A stretch of DNA of 53,016 bases, counting the filler, from Catajapyx aquilonaris (taxonomy: Eukaryota): NCBI GenBank assembly GCA_000934665.2. It is 2 parts of 2 records of this genome, joined end to end, with 100 filler letters (N's around TTAATTAATTAA, not from the genome) between each part and the next. Parts side by side here need not be neighbours in the genome. Positions count along the whole stretch, not along the records: positions 1 to 26,456 come from JYFJ02005199.1; 1 more part is not named here. One strand, given 5' to 3'. The notes under the pieces are model-generated. The model was not told where the DNA came from. It saw nothing but the letters and a program-made list of their open reading frames with translations, and ran no database searches. This document shows positions 1-11,161 of this stretch, one piece after another. The translations under genes were made by a program, and so were the position numbers. Each line of letters opens with the position of its first letter. Positions within the stretch are counted from its first letter, which is position 1.

Positions 1-1273
1 ATTCGGTCGCCCCCGTTCTACGGGTCGCCCACGGCCGATGCAAACCATCCGACAAAACCATCGGGTCGGTCAACATGTGGTCAGCTCTGGTCAGCACGAC
101 CCAAGCTCGACCTCGACATGTGACCTCCAGTTCGTCCAATTCCACTGGGCCGAACCAGCAGGCAATACTATGCAACCCTAGCATTGACCTGGTATAGTCA
201 GTCCAACAAGCAGCGTCAGCTGACTCGGCACCGCATTAAAAAGAGTACACACCCAAATCATGCGGTTCCCAAGATCGGACGAAGTACAAAGACCACCTTA
301 GACTGGGCCTGTGACATGTCCAAATCAACACCACGCATTAACTCAAAGGCATTGCGCCAACAATCAGCACAATTAACCGCCTCTTCTCCGGAACAGCTAT
401 TACATCAGCTAAACCAGCTAATACAGCCAAACAATGCGACACTGTGTATGACGCACCATCAGCAGCGTGGGTCGGTAGGCGTGAGAAAAGCCTGTACTTC
501 CTCCTCCCACCAGCCAGATCACCTGAGTCCCAGGTTACTAGCAATCGAAGCCAAATGCTATATCAGTCAGCACTTTTCTTCTTCATCTCGGCCGCCTCAT
601 GTTTGTCATCACAACATGATTGAATGGCCATTGTGCCCTGCATAAACACAGGTTCAGACTTCCTAGTACAAGACTTCCTGCGCTAATTATGGACACCTGC
701 TTGCTTTTGAGAACGATCTCATTCTCTTCAGCAACAATAGGGCGCCGCTTCCATTGGAATAAATCCGGGAAGAATCCGGTGACAAAATGATGCAACACCT
801 TGTGCAACATTTGCCAACCGCCTCCGTTACTGCATCAGTCAACGAAGGTCAGGGTCACTTGGCGCGACAGGGAACTATCCCACGCAACCTGTGACAGCCC
901 GACACCGGTACAATCGACACCGTCCGTGCGGTGCTTGCACCTGAGTGCTCCGTAGGGTATGACAGTACATGTATTGTACATTCCGTCAATTTCCTGCCCA
1001 GATTCATAAGTCAACGTCGACCCTGAATCGTCAAAGAAAGTTTCGGTGCATGCAGCGTGCATCGACAACCTATCTTCCCCTCTCCGTACCGGATCATGCT
1101 CCGGTACCTCAGAGGCACAGTACGTACAGTGGAGTTGGTACGGCAATATGCGCACCTACTCGTGACAAAATGACACCACCTTCATCGCTATTGCATCAGC
1201 AACAAGGCAACATCTTAGAGGCACCGACAGTCGTCATTTCAACCGACTCCCATCGACACCAGTCTTACAGCTG

Positions 1274-2197
1274 GCACCTCGACGTCTTGCATCGAGACCA
1301 ACAGCCCCGCCATTTGGCAGGCGACTGACCATCGTCATCCCGGTTCGACACGTCCGGAAACATGCGTTCCGGAACCGCATCACCACTGCTGGACAAGTAC
1401 GGGTACTCCCGACACATGCTCTGCATTGCTGCATATCGCATGCTTGGTCTGTTGAGCGTCAACAACCAACAACACGCAGCTGCTCATCCGGATCGGCACC
1501 TGCCGCCTCCGGATTTTGCAGCGGGGTCACTCAGGACAGCTTCGTCCCCCTCAACCCAACCTACGGCGGCACCTCGACACCCTGCATCGAGGTTCGCCCC
1601 GACAATGCTCCGACTGACCACCGTCATGTCGATCCAACATGCCCGGAAACGCACGTTCCGGAGCAATTATGTCGTTCCTGCTGGACAAGGACGGGTACAC
1701 CCAGGAATCGGTACACCAGACACTTGCCCTGCAGTGCTGCGTATTGCATGGTTGGTCTGTTGTGTGACAACAACCAACAGCACGCAGCAACTGCTCATCC
1801 GGATCGGCACTTACCGCACCCGGATTTGCAGCAGGGTCATTGAGGACGGCTTCGTCCCCCACAACCCAACGTACGGCGCCACGGCTGCACCTCGACACCC
1901 TGCATCGAGGTTCGCTCCGACAATGCGGCGGCCGACTGACCACCGTCATGTCGATCCGACACGCCCGGAAACGCACGTTCCGGGGCAATGTCGTTCCTGC
2001 TGGACAAGGACGGGTACACCCAGGAATTGGTACACCCGACACATGCCCTGCAATGCTGCGTATTGCATGGCTGGTCTGTTGTCTGACAACAACCAACTGC
2101 ACGCAATACTCCTCCGGAACGGCACTTTTACCGCCTCCGGATTTGCAGCAGGGTCATGGAGGACGGCTTCGTCCCCCTCGACCCAACGTACGGCGGC
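1274..2197. repeat. Three diverged tandem copies of a ~295-320 bp GC-rich unit inside the LTR element
   Basis: gcacctcgac...tgcatcgag recurs near 1274, 1568 and 1887. cttcgtccccc..aacccaac.tacggcg closes each unit. Confidence 0.9.
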
Positions 2198-2323
2198 AAG
2201 TCAACGTTGACCTGCCCGCCCGTACTCACCCTCTCTCCTCTGCTCGACCAGCAAGCCGAATCCGGCCGCAACACCTCATCGTCCTCCATACCACAACCGG
2301 GTATGTGCAGATTGTCTACACAA

Positions 2324-2338
2324 CCACGTTGGGCGCCA
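2324..2338 (-). promoter_or_regulatory. Primer-binding site complementary to the tRNA-Lys 3' end
   Basis: Minus strand reads TGGCGCCCAACGTGG, the first 15 nt of the canonical Lys1,2 PBS TGGCGCCCAACGTGGGGC. Confidence 0.9.
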
Positions 2339-2341
2339 AAT

Positions 2342-2575
2342 TGTCAGGACCCTTGACCTGACCCCTGACCAAGCTAGCTCGCAGGGTGTGGGAATAAGAG
2401 ACCGGTAGGAGGTAAAAACAGTGTATTGCAGTCAAAGTGATACAGGAGAGAGAGTCTTCTCGAGGGCCGAAGCCCCCTTCCTTTTATACAGTATTACAGC
2501 CACCAGATGGCGCACAAGAACAGGGACAATTTCCAAAAGAGGATAAATGCTGGAACCACACACGTGGTCCCCACA
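2342..2575 (-). repeat. Long terminal repeat, 234 bp
   Basis: TG...CA termini with imperfect inverted ends (tgtcaggacc / ggtccccaca). Minus-strand TATAAAAG at 2481-2488 and an AATACA poly(A)-like signal at 2422-2427. PBS lies 3 nt beyond the LTR end. Confidence 0.85.
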
Positions 2576-2582
2576 CCATTAA

Positions 2583-3115
2583 CCCTTAACCAGGGAGCAT
2601 ATACTACATATACTACATGTAGTATATGCTCCCTGCCTTAACTACGTAGGTGGAGCACTATTTAAACGCATGTAACTTTTTCATTGAATTTTATTTTCCA
2701 CTCTCCTTCCGTGACTTTGTCAGAAAAACCTTCCTAAGCATGAAAAGGAAAGAAATTTTTTTTTAGTCACTATTCCTTGGTTTAAAAAAATTCGTAACGA
2801 GGAACAGGTCCCTCTAACCACTCAGGCTATCCCTATGCAGGTGAAGCCAGAGTGGCTCAAAGTTGTTGATGTAACCTTTTAATTAAATTTTTTTCCCTGT
2901 CAGAATATGCTGACTCAGCGTGTGATTTTTACGTTTTCGGAAGCCTAATGATCTGAACTGCACTTTCTGTATGTGAAAAGTCCAAAATAACAATTTAGTT
3001 GATAAGCATAAATTTAAATATACCGTTGGAGCCTCTCAGGCTCCACCTACGTAGTTAAAGGTGTTTCGCCCACCTACGTAGTTAAAGGTGTTTCGCCCAC
3101 CTACGTAGTTAAGGG
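2583..3115. mobile_element. piggyBac-like MITE
   Basis: TTAA on both sides (2579-2582, 3116-3119). TIR CCCTTAACTACGTAGGTGG; the left copy is interrupted at 2591-2635. Confidence 0.85.
2591..2635. mobile_element. 45-bp TIR-only remnant of a P-superfamily-like element
   Basis: CAGGGAGCATATACTACA + TATACTACA + TGTAGTATATGCTCCCTG, flanked by a 7-bp duplication CCTTAAC (2584-2590, 2636-2642). The same terminus occurs at 26360. Confidence 0.75.
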
Positions 3116-3904
3116 TTAAGTGGCATTTAAATTTTCAGCATTCATCCGTTCTGCTTTTGTAGCAGCAATTGGGTCCTAATGTTCTCATTGGTTGTGTCAC
3201 TATTTTTGTCGATATTTTAAAACTTTTTTTTTCTCGTTTCTTATTGGGAAAATGTTCAGAAAATGCAATAGGAACTGACATTGCTTTAAAAATTCTTCTC
3301 AGGTCTCAGGAGGATATAGGTGCTGTAACTTAAAAGTTAAAACTAAGGGAGGGTGCTTGGGGTAGTCTTTATGTTGTTTTAGACCATCTGTAAGTCTAGC
3401 CTTTTCTCCTGACTATGGGCAGAGAAGGGAGTCCAATGTATTATGCTCAGACATGTCAGTGGAAAAGTAGAGAAATACCAAGGCAAATATGATGGTGATG
3501 GGATTTGAACCCTGACCTCCTGTGTGGCCGCCTGTACCCTATGTTTGTCATTAATTATGTTGGTTATGCAACAAAAGTGTAAGTGAATAGTGTAGTACCC
3601 CACGCTTGAGTCGTAAGAGACACCACAAAATAACACACGGGGAAAGGTACAACCACCAGTATCGACTGTATTCTATATCCAATTCTATAAGGCTTCCGCT
3701 CCGGAGAACCGCTGAACAAGAACTAACATTCCAAACAAACTCTCAAGTTACCAAAACCAGGGTCACCTACATGAGTGGGGGAGGCAACCATGTAGGGGAC
3801 CCTGACCAAAACAACCTTAACAAACTAGTGCCCTGGAAACAGTCAAGTGTCCTGTTGCCAGGACACTACAATAGCCCAATAGAACAAAGGCCAAACTCCA
3901 AGGT

Positions 3905-4335
3905 GGAAAAAAGGTGGGGGGTATAAGAAAAAAATTGAAATTTGTAAACTATTTGAGGTACACATGTGGAAGTCAAGTGAATTAGCCTGAAATCGCCATG
4001 GCATCCTCTCCTGCGATTTTCACTCCGATAGCACCCACTGTCGAAGCAGGGGGTCAAAATTTGTATTTGGCTTTTGCCCCTTGTTCTATTGGGAACGAAG
4101 TGGGGACGTGGTTAGGGAAAAAGGTAGGGGTGGAAGACAAAAAGTAGTTATTTTAAAACTATTTGAGGTCAATGTGTGGAAGCAAATCCTTTATATCCAA
4201 AATTGCCATGCCATCCTATGCTGTGATTTTCACTCCTATACAACGAGTGGTTGAAGCAGGACACGGCACGAAACTTGTATTTTGGAGTCCGGCCCTTGTT
4301 CTACTAGGAATGGAGTCCAGCCCTTGTTCTATTGA
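3905..4335. repeat. Two diverged ~210-bp direct repeats, possibly Helitron-like internal repeats
   Basis: aaactatttgaggt...tgtggaag...gccatg.catcct...gattttcactcc.ata...gaagcagg...ccttgttcta occurs twice, near 3946 and 4156. Confidence 0.65.
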
Positions 4336-4504
4336 GAAAGTATATCAGATATTTTTCGGGTGCATGGAATAATGCAATGGGTGAATACAGGGTGTTCCAG
4401 ATTCGTGGGTCACTTTTTGATAACTGATATTGCTCGATAACAGTTATTTTGTTGCAGTTTGTTGTGCCCCTAACCATGTGCTCCATTCCATAGCAGTAGT
4501 TATG

Positions 4505-4938
4505 CAGGGTCCGGAAATTTAACCTGCCATCGCTTTGGAAAATGATGGAGGGGTTCTAGGCAATCACTTTGAGTACATAAAACAAGGGTCTATGAAGTAT
4601 AGTGGCAGAGATAATTAGCATTAAATAAAAAGTGCATTATCCGAGCTTATAGGTTTTGGATGCTGCTTACGACACGTCCATCGCCTAGGCCATTCCATGC
4701 TACACCTAACAGGATCGTAAATTAAAATTAAATTACATGATAGCACCTTGAATTTAAATAGAAAAGGTAAAGTCGCATGGAGGGACGCATACGTGCCAGG
4801 ATATTTTATACAATGTGTTTGAAGCACATTATCTCTGTAACTATGCATCGGAGACCCATGTTGCATATACTCAAAGTGATTGCCTAGAACCCATATATCA
4901 TTTCCCAAAATGATGGTAGGATAAATTTCCGAACCCTG
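4505..4938. mobile_element. MITE with ~85-bp imperfect TIRs and CAGGG termini (hAT-like)
   Basis: cagggtccggaaatttaacc...gggttctaggcaatcactttgagta is mirrored by tactcaaagtgattgcctagaaccc...ataaatttccgaaccctg. No clean TSD. Confidence 0.75.
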
Positions 4939-5235
4939 TTAACGTGAGGCCTGATTGTAATCTTTTTTTTTTTTTTTTTTTGCTGATGTCGACATATGAT
5001 AACACCAGGTTCAGGAGGATATACCAGTCAAACGGGGTGAGATTGCGGTACATTTTGAGATGTTTCTTACAAGCAAACCAGGATAATTGATATATTGGAG
5101 TTGCTGCAGCATTGCTGCATTCTGTTCATGTGTGAAAATAAATTTTATAACTTGGTATAAATTTTTTTCCGCACTACCATCGCGCATGTTGAGTGGGGTG
5201 AGATTGCACCAGCCTTTTTAAAAGCTTGAAGTTAA

Positions 5236-6037
5236 CCCTGTACTGCACACATTTAGGATTGTGGGAAGAAAAAAATTCTAACGCCTTTTTCTCATCGTAT
5301 GCGTCGTAAGGATGGTTTTTATTATGTTTTGGTCATCTCTGACTTTGAAGTTACACCGGTTGAGTCAAAAGTCATGGCGAGTATTTTTTATTCAAAAATG
5401 GTAACGCATACAGAGATGACCTTTGGTAAGTTTTAAAGGTCCAGCGATTACAATTTGACCTGATATGTAGATGGCATCCATATCGCAAAGGGGGCCAGAA
5501 AACGAATGGTGATCATAACCCCCACCCTTCCACTGTCTCATGCAGCTCTGGGTTTACCGGCTCCCCTTGAGATCTCGGGGCCATCTATATTCCAGTCCAA
5601 ATTGTAATCGCCAGATAAAAATATGTACAATGACTTAGGGCTCAAACCTCGAGCAATATTGTGCCTGCGCCGCCAAAAAATTTGGATGAAATTGTGCTGG
5701 CAAAATTAGAATGGCCTCAAATGCCGACGAGAGAGCTACTCTTGCAGTGTTACACATGCAATTAGATATTTAATATCTGCACCTATATCTAATCAGCTCC
5801 AGAAACAATTGCTGCTTCAGCAAATTCAAATTTCGCGCCATATTCAATGACCTTGGCTTCTCTCCGCTTCATACCATATCCTGATCGTGTCATTGTCGAC
5901 ATTGCTTGTCATCTAGCAGAAGCTAACAAACTAACTGTGACATCAAGCCACACTGTGGTTTCCAGGACAAAATGTTGAAGCTTATGGTGCCTGCGCAAAT
6001 TAATTGTTGCCCTCAGGCAACAATGTGCGCTACAGGG
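5236..6037. mobile_element. piggyBac-like MITE
   Basis: TTAA at 5232-5235 and 6038-6041. TIRs ccctgtactgcaca / tgtgcgctacaggg (12/14 match). Confidence 0.75.
5441..5614. mobile_element. Small MITE nested in the piggyBac-like element
   Basis: gcgattacaatttg...tagatggc is inverted with gccatcta...caaattgtaatcgc. Confidence 0.65.
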
Positions 6038-7146
6038 TTAATAGGAAACGGGTCACTGGGATATTCTCACCCCTATGCCAATAAAAATGAGCACTCCTCA
6101 ATACGTGAAAAAAACATTTTCATAACAAATAACATACGAACGGAAAAAAATTCTTCCATTATTCAATGATTAGTACTACAATAATAAACTTTACCAACCT
6201 TTACGGTACAAAGAACGAAATACTGTATAGAACTGGAAATGAATTTCAAACAAATGAACTACTAATTGAAGGAACACAAAATACAAAGTGAAAATGTTGA
6301 AACCTGTGGAGACGATAGACACAGAGGTGAAAATTAAATTTTAATAACCACCTAATCAAACTGTGAAACCTAAGGTTTTATGTCTACTATGTTAACGCCA
6401 CATCAATTTTTGTTGCTGGGCTTCACCTGATCTTTTCTGTGTGACAGCTCATCTGGTGGCTTTGCCCACATCCAGTTTTTCACTTTTTTTTCCTAAAAAA
6501 GAAAGATGATTCCTGCCAAATATTCTGGCCGATCTTCTCGTAAACTCGTCCCATCACTGTTACACATAAAAATCAGTGAAATAATGGGGAAAACCAGAAA
6601 AAAAAGTGGCACAATCTTACCCCGTCAAGTGCACTTTTTTTTAACTCCTTTCGTCATAGCTCAAGCGTAAATCCGGATAAAAAGTAACATCATAATTGAA
6701 GAGTTAATTAGCCTCCTAACGAGAAAGAATCATCCAATCACACCAACCAACACTATACCATCCAATGAAAAACATGAAAATCAAAACCACCAGCTTCTAA
6801 GAAGCAAAAGTCAGTTCAAGGACCTCCAGTCCCTTGCCTTGGTCCCCTAACACCTCGTCCATGTGAAACAGCTATCAAATCCCATCAGAGTAAGAATCCG
6901 GGTACGACACCCATGCACTTTGTCATTTTTCACGTTCCAGGCCAGGTCAATTTGCAGTAATGGATTGTACCCAAGGAACAGGTCACGTAAACACAATGAT
7001 CAGGGTCTGGACTGAGTTCACTTTATTTGTGAATGGTCTGTCACAGATTTTCATATGGAATCATGCTGCATGTTTCTTTAGTTCCATTTCAATTTTCATC
7101 AGTCTTGTACAATGAAAAATTAAGTGTGCCTATTTTATTGTAGGTA

Positions 7147-7800
7147 CAGTAGAACCCCGATTATCCATCACCCACGGGTCCGGGGCATGTTCGGAACAAA
7201 AATGGTCGGATATGAAGAGCAAAGGAAATTTTAACAAAACATAATAAAAAACAGACAAAAACATGAAATAATGTACAATATTAATTTTATAAGAAATAGT
7301 GAGGTATTTCTCTTTTACATGCTCTACTGTTTAAAATTCAACTAACAACCAAACTAACTCTTCTTATCCTCCTAAATTTTGAAATGTTTGGATTTTCTGA
7401 TTGCTAATTTTCACATTACCAGGGTCAAAATACAAGCCAAAAAACCGAAATTCCGAACCCACAACACCTGCATCCGGTCACAAGTGGCAGGTTGCGGTCC
7501 CGGCCTGCCGGTCGCGGGTCGTCGCAACTGATATCAGTGATATGTAAATGATTGATTAAACTTGATTGATATATTGATTCACAAAATCGATTTCGAAGCG
7601 TGTGAGGTCATATTCTACTTGCTCGCGCCACCCGGGGACCTGCGACCCGCAACTGGCTGCTAGGTGTTGTGGCTCCAGAATATCGCATTTAGCTTGTATT
7701 TTGACGTGAAAATTAGCAGCAGAGGTGATGTTTGCACAACACTATCAGCCAAGCAGAATTATGAAATCCAAAAATTTTCAAAATTTAGGAGGGTAAGAAT

Positions 7801-7857
<57 letters not shown>

Positions 7858-8309
7858 GTACCCCGTGCTAGAGCCATGAGCCCTCTTAGGGGGGTGGGAT
7901 ACCACCATATTTTTTTTCTATCTGGAACTCTTGCTTTCGTTTTTACTTCTCGTATATGGGGATGGGATAGGGACGGAAGGAAGCGGCTGTGGCCTATAAT
8001 TACGGACACGACCCCGGAATTTTCCTGGTGAGACCATGGGAAACCACAGAAAACCACGGTCAGGGTCGGCGGCCACCGGGATTCGAACCCAGGACCTCCC
8101 GATTAGCAGTCGGATACCATATCCCCTCCGCTATCACTGCTTCGGTTAAGAAGAGTTAGTTTGGATGCAAGACAAAAATGCTTAGTAGGCCTGCATTACA
8201 GTATTTGATGAGAACACAGATTTATTGCTGGAGCACGACAGTTGGATAAACTGACGAGTCGGATACTCTGAGGTTGGATATATAATAATTGGGGATTGGG
8301 GTTCTACTG
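7147..8309. mobile_element. pogo/Tigger-like MITE with nested fold-back and SINE insertions
   Basis: TA TSD with TIR CAGTAGAACCCC / GGGGTTCTACTG. Internal inverted pairs include tcctaaattttgaaa / tttcaaaatttagga and gtcaaaatacaagc / gcttgtattttgac. Confidence 0.8.
7806..8146 (-). mobile_element. tRNA-derived SINE with (TTA)n tail
   Basis: Minus-strand box B GGTTCGAATCC (8079-8089) in a tRNA-like head. (AAT)n at ~7805-7857 on +. TSD taagaatagtta / taagaagagtta. Homologous to 24826-25314. Confidence 0.88.
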
Positions 8310-8791
8310 TAACTGTAGGTGTCAAGATTATTATAAAATGTGACTGGTACTGCGTAAGATTCGCATGAGAGTTGGAACATGCCAGAAACTGCATGGAATA
8401 GTCATTAGTGCCCCTTCCATAGGAAAGGCACCAACACATTGAAAATTGTGCTACAAACACTGCAGCAATTTCCATGTGGATGTTGGATCTGGAATGGCCT
8501 TAGCATGCAGGAAACAAATCACTGAGGGATTATAATCAGCAACAGCATCATCATATTTAAAATCTACTCCACCTATGTGGACATGCAGCTTATGCTATGT
8601 GTAGACTTCCACACTGCATACATGAGCCATGATGTACGGTAGCCTACCAGTCATATTTTACTGTATTTCCACCTCCAGACCTGAAATGTGGATACTTATT
8701 GCTTTCCCCCTCCCCCCCCCCTCATATTATAAGACCTGAAGAACATCCATGACATTGAAATTTACCATGCTTACCACTGTTTCTTCTGCAG

Positions 8792-8985
8792 GACACGGAG
8801 TTTCCAGGAGTTGTGATGCATCCTCCTGGAAAGACTTGGCATGATCCGGACTACCAGTACCTGATTGTACACTTAAATGTGAACGTTCTAAAGCTTATCC
8901 AGTTGGGCCTGACCTTCATGAATAAGCATGGCAAGAAACCCCGTAGACTGTCAACTTGGCAATTCAACTTCAAGTTTGATCTGAC
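8792..8985 (+). CDS. CNOT7: CAF1/POP2/CNOT7-family deadenylase, internal coding exon (first one visible in the window)
   Basis: Acceptor ttcttctgcAG ends at 8791 and donor GTaatt starts at 8986. Translates DTEFPGVVMHPPGKTWHDPDYQYLIVHLNVNVLKLIQLGLTFMNKHGKKPRRLSTWQFNFKFDL(T), with the CAF1 DTEFPG catalytic D/E motif, IQLGLTF and TWQFNF. 194 nt, ends in phase 2. Confidence 0.95.
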
Positions 8986-9594
8986 GTAATTATGACATAT
9001 TTTCTCCTAATTTTAGTGGCAAAGTTTTTTCAATTGTACAAGGGCATGCAGATAATTTTTGCCTCCCTCTACATAGAATGTGTAATCCACATCACAGGAC
9101 AATGCAGGTAACATCAAATGAAATCCTGGAATGTCCGCTTCAAAACCATGTATTTACTTCTCTACAAATCACCACCTAGAGCAATACACTTGTGCCACCA
9201 ATGTACTAGTTCTTTCCTCCCATTGGCGTAGAACTCAGGGCTGTGAAAGCTCCACCAAGTTCAAACAGCAACTTCAATTTATGCATCGGAGGGGTACCGA
9301 TTACCCTTCACGTGTGTCTTCATTTTTGAGAAAAGAAAGCAGTCACAGGGTGCAAGATCTGGGCTGTATATACACTGGATGGGGAAGTACGGGGAATTTG
9401 AGTCTCTGGAGAAGGTGCCCTGCATGTCGAGTTCCTGACCGGTCACAACCGGCACGAGGGAACAGGATGCACCCAGTAAAGTATGTCATTCTTCACCACT
9501 ATAATGATCGACCACACACAAGCCATCACATTGCGGATGTCCTCCAGAGACGCAAATTCCCTCGACTTCCTCATCTGGCTTACAGCCTAGGTCT

Positions 9595-9830
9595 CAGTGG
9601 CGTAGGCAGGGGCCGGGATTGGGGGGGGGTTGTAACCCCCCCCCTGGACCCAAAAAATATAGTTCCAATCCGCGATTTTAAGGTGTTAAAACGCACATGC
9701 ACAAATATTGTAGCTTATGTGAGCTTGAACAGCAAAAAAAAATTCGCCTGCGGCGGGCCCCTTCGTTCTACCCTCACATAACCCCCCCCCCCCCCTACNC
9801 CCCCTTACAAATTTCCTGGCTACGCCGCTG
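9595..9830. mobile_element. hAT-like MITE
   Basis: Perfect 8-bp TSD CTAGGTCT (9587-9594, 9831-9838). TIRs CAGTGGCGTAGGCAGG / CCTGGCTACGCCGCTG. Confidence 0.9.
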
Positions 9831-9943
9831 CTAGGTCTTGTACCCTGCTACTTCTTTCTTTTTTTGAGGCTGCTCTTCGTGCTTGGTGAAGCTCCCATAG
9901 CCCAGAGTTGTATGCAGATGGGAGGGAAGACCTAGTTCTGGTA

Positions 9944-10057
9944 CAGTGGTTCCTTGTGGGTAGCGAAGCATTTTCCGGGTGGCCGCGGTAATTTTTACTT
10001 GCAATAAATTTTATAGGACATTTTACCACGCGACCCGAAAAATGTTGGGAACCACTG
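9944..10057. mobile_element. Small hAT (Charlie-like) MITE
   Basis: TIRs CAGTGGTTCC / GGAACCACTG with 8-bp TSD ttctggta / ttctagta. Confidence 0.8.
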
Positions 10058-10203
10058 TTCTAGTACATCATTGGCGCAAGTGTGTAGCGCTGTAGGTGGT
10101 GATTATGTAGAACAGTAAATATATGGTTTTGAAGAGGGCATTGCAGGATTTCATTTGACGTTACCCACATTGGCTTGTAATGCGTAATTACACATTCTAT
10201 GTA

Positions 10204-10972
10204 CAGGGTGCGCCAGAAGTAGTCTAACAGGTTTGAGAATTTTTTTACATCCTCGCAACTGCAATTCAGGTAAAATTTTAACATAATAGTATGGGGCGAT
10301 GTCGATAGTGACTGAGGATTCCAATAGCGACGATGTCATCGCCACCTGAAAAATGGCCGGGCGCTTGTCACTATAGAGGACCGCATTCAGTGCAGCCCCC
10401 GGACACTTATACTACATTCTGAGCTTATCGCCTGCCGATGAGTTTTGCAGCGGGTGCTCACCTGAGAGCGCCATGAGACATTTCCCAGAGCAATTATGTG
10501 GCGACCCTACCGGACTTGGCTGAACTTTATAGGTACAAAAGGGAAGCGCTACATTGGGGGACCCAACATGGCCGCCGGCAGCCATGTTGGACTGGCCACC
10601 GCGATCCTGCGATCTGACACCTCCATATATTTTTTGTGGGGTGTATTGAAAGAGAAAGTATACGCCCAGAAGCCCAAAACTCTTCCACAATTACGAGAGA
10701 AGATCCGGGAGAGCTTTGCAACAATTTCTCCGGAATTTTGTGCCAAAGTGTGCAGGTCTGTCCAGGGTCGACTACGTGAGTGCCTCGGCGGTGATGGCAG
10801 ACAAGTTCTGTGACCTCCTGTACAGTCAGACATCACAGCATCATGTATGAAAAATACCTGGATGCATTATCAGAGTATGTGCTATTGTGTGATTCATTCA
10901 GTTTCAAATTAATAAATCACTTCACCAAGAAAAAAATTCACAAACGTGTTAGACTACTTCTGGCGCACCCTG
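10204..10972 (+). mobile_element. Internally deleted Tc1/mariner-superfamily element (DD37D/maT-like motif)
   Basis: TA TSD and a perfect 26-bp TIR CAGGGTGCGCCAGAAGTAGTCTAACA. Transposase C-terminal remnant WPPRSCDLTP/YFLWGVLKEKVYAQKPKTLPQLREKI...RLRECLGGDGRQV (frameshifted) at ~10593-10813. Confidence 0.92.
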
Positions 10973-11161
10973 TATATGGAGACAAAAATTATCAGCATTC
11001 CTTGTGATGCTTAATTTTTGACATAAAAAGGCGTTCCACTAGTAATTGCAATGGACCAGTATGTGATTGAATTGGTGCAGGATAATACAGTCCTTCCCAA
11101 AAGTTTAGGACCACCCATACCCAAATGTGAAAAACAGTGGTTATGAATAATGTTATTTTTA

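Larger units (their letters stand above)
1..2575 (-). mobile_element. LTR retrotransposon 5' portion, degenerate, probably Ty3/gypsy-like; runs off the window start
   Basis: Has a 5' LTR (2342-2575) and an adjacent PBS. Minus-strand frames show only faint pol-like remnants (DDSGSTLT, FPDLF..ENEIVL, GGRRKYRLF) broken by stops, so the superfamily call is tentative. Confidence 0.75.
5021..6630. mobile_element. Degenerate DNA transposon with GGGGTRAGATTG motifs; host of the 5236-6037 insertion; boundaries approximate
   Basis: ggggtgagattgc near 5034 and 5195, with inverted caatcttaccccg near 6612. Confidence 0.4.
9039..11004. mobile_element. mariner-derived fold-back element whose two arms both derive from the transposon 3' end; carries three nested insertions
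   Basis: Starts TA-CAAGGGCATGCAGATAATTTTTG and ends CAAAAATTATCAGCATTCCTTG. 9107-9209 is the inverted copy of 10060-10165. Central + strand remnant HYNDRPHT...LPHLAYSLGL[insertion]VPCYFFLF matches the mariner HDNARPH / YSPDLAPxDFFLF motifs. Confidence 0.8.

Noticed and set aside
1362..2361. Long + strand ORFs (282 aa and 173 aa)
   Set aside because: They run antisense through the GC-rich tandem repeats of the LTR element, shift frame between repeat units and show no protein motif.
3043..3115. Short direct repeats as a possible CRISPR array (also 25751-26273)
   Set aside because: They are tandem units without unique spacers, in eukaryotic TE context with no cas genes.
8060..8146. tRNA-like sequence (also at ~25230-25314)
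   Set aside because: These are SINE heads, with a body, simple-repeat tail and TSD, not tRNA genes.
8500..8600. YVDM peptide as a possible first Caf1 exon (canonical YVAM)
   Set aside because: No GT donor follows the ATG and no VWxxNL motif lies upstream. I found no credible exon 1 in 1-8791.
9131..9781. 216-aa ORF
   Set aside because: Chance read-through across an inverted mariner arm, a transposase remnant and a hAT MITE.
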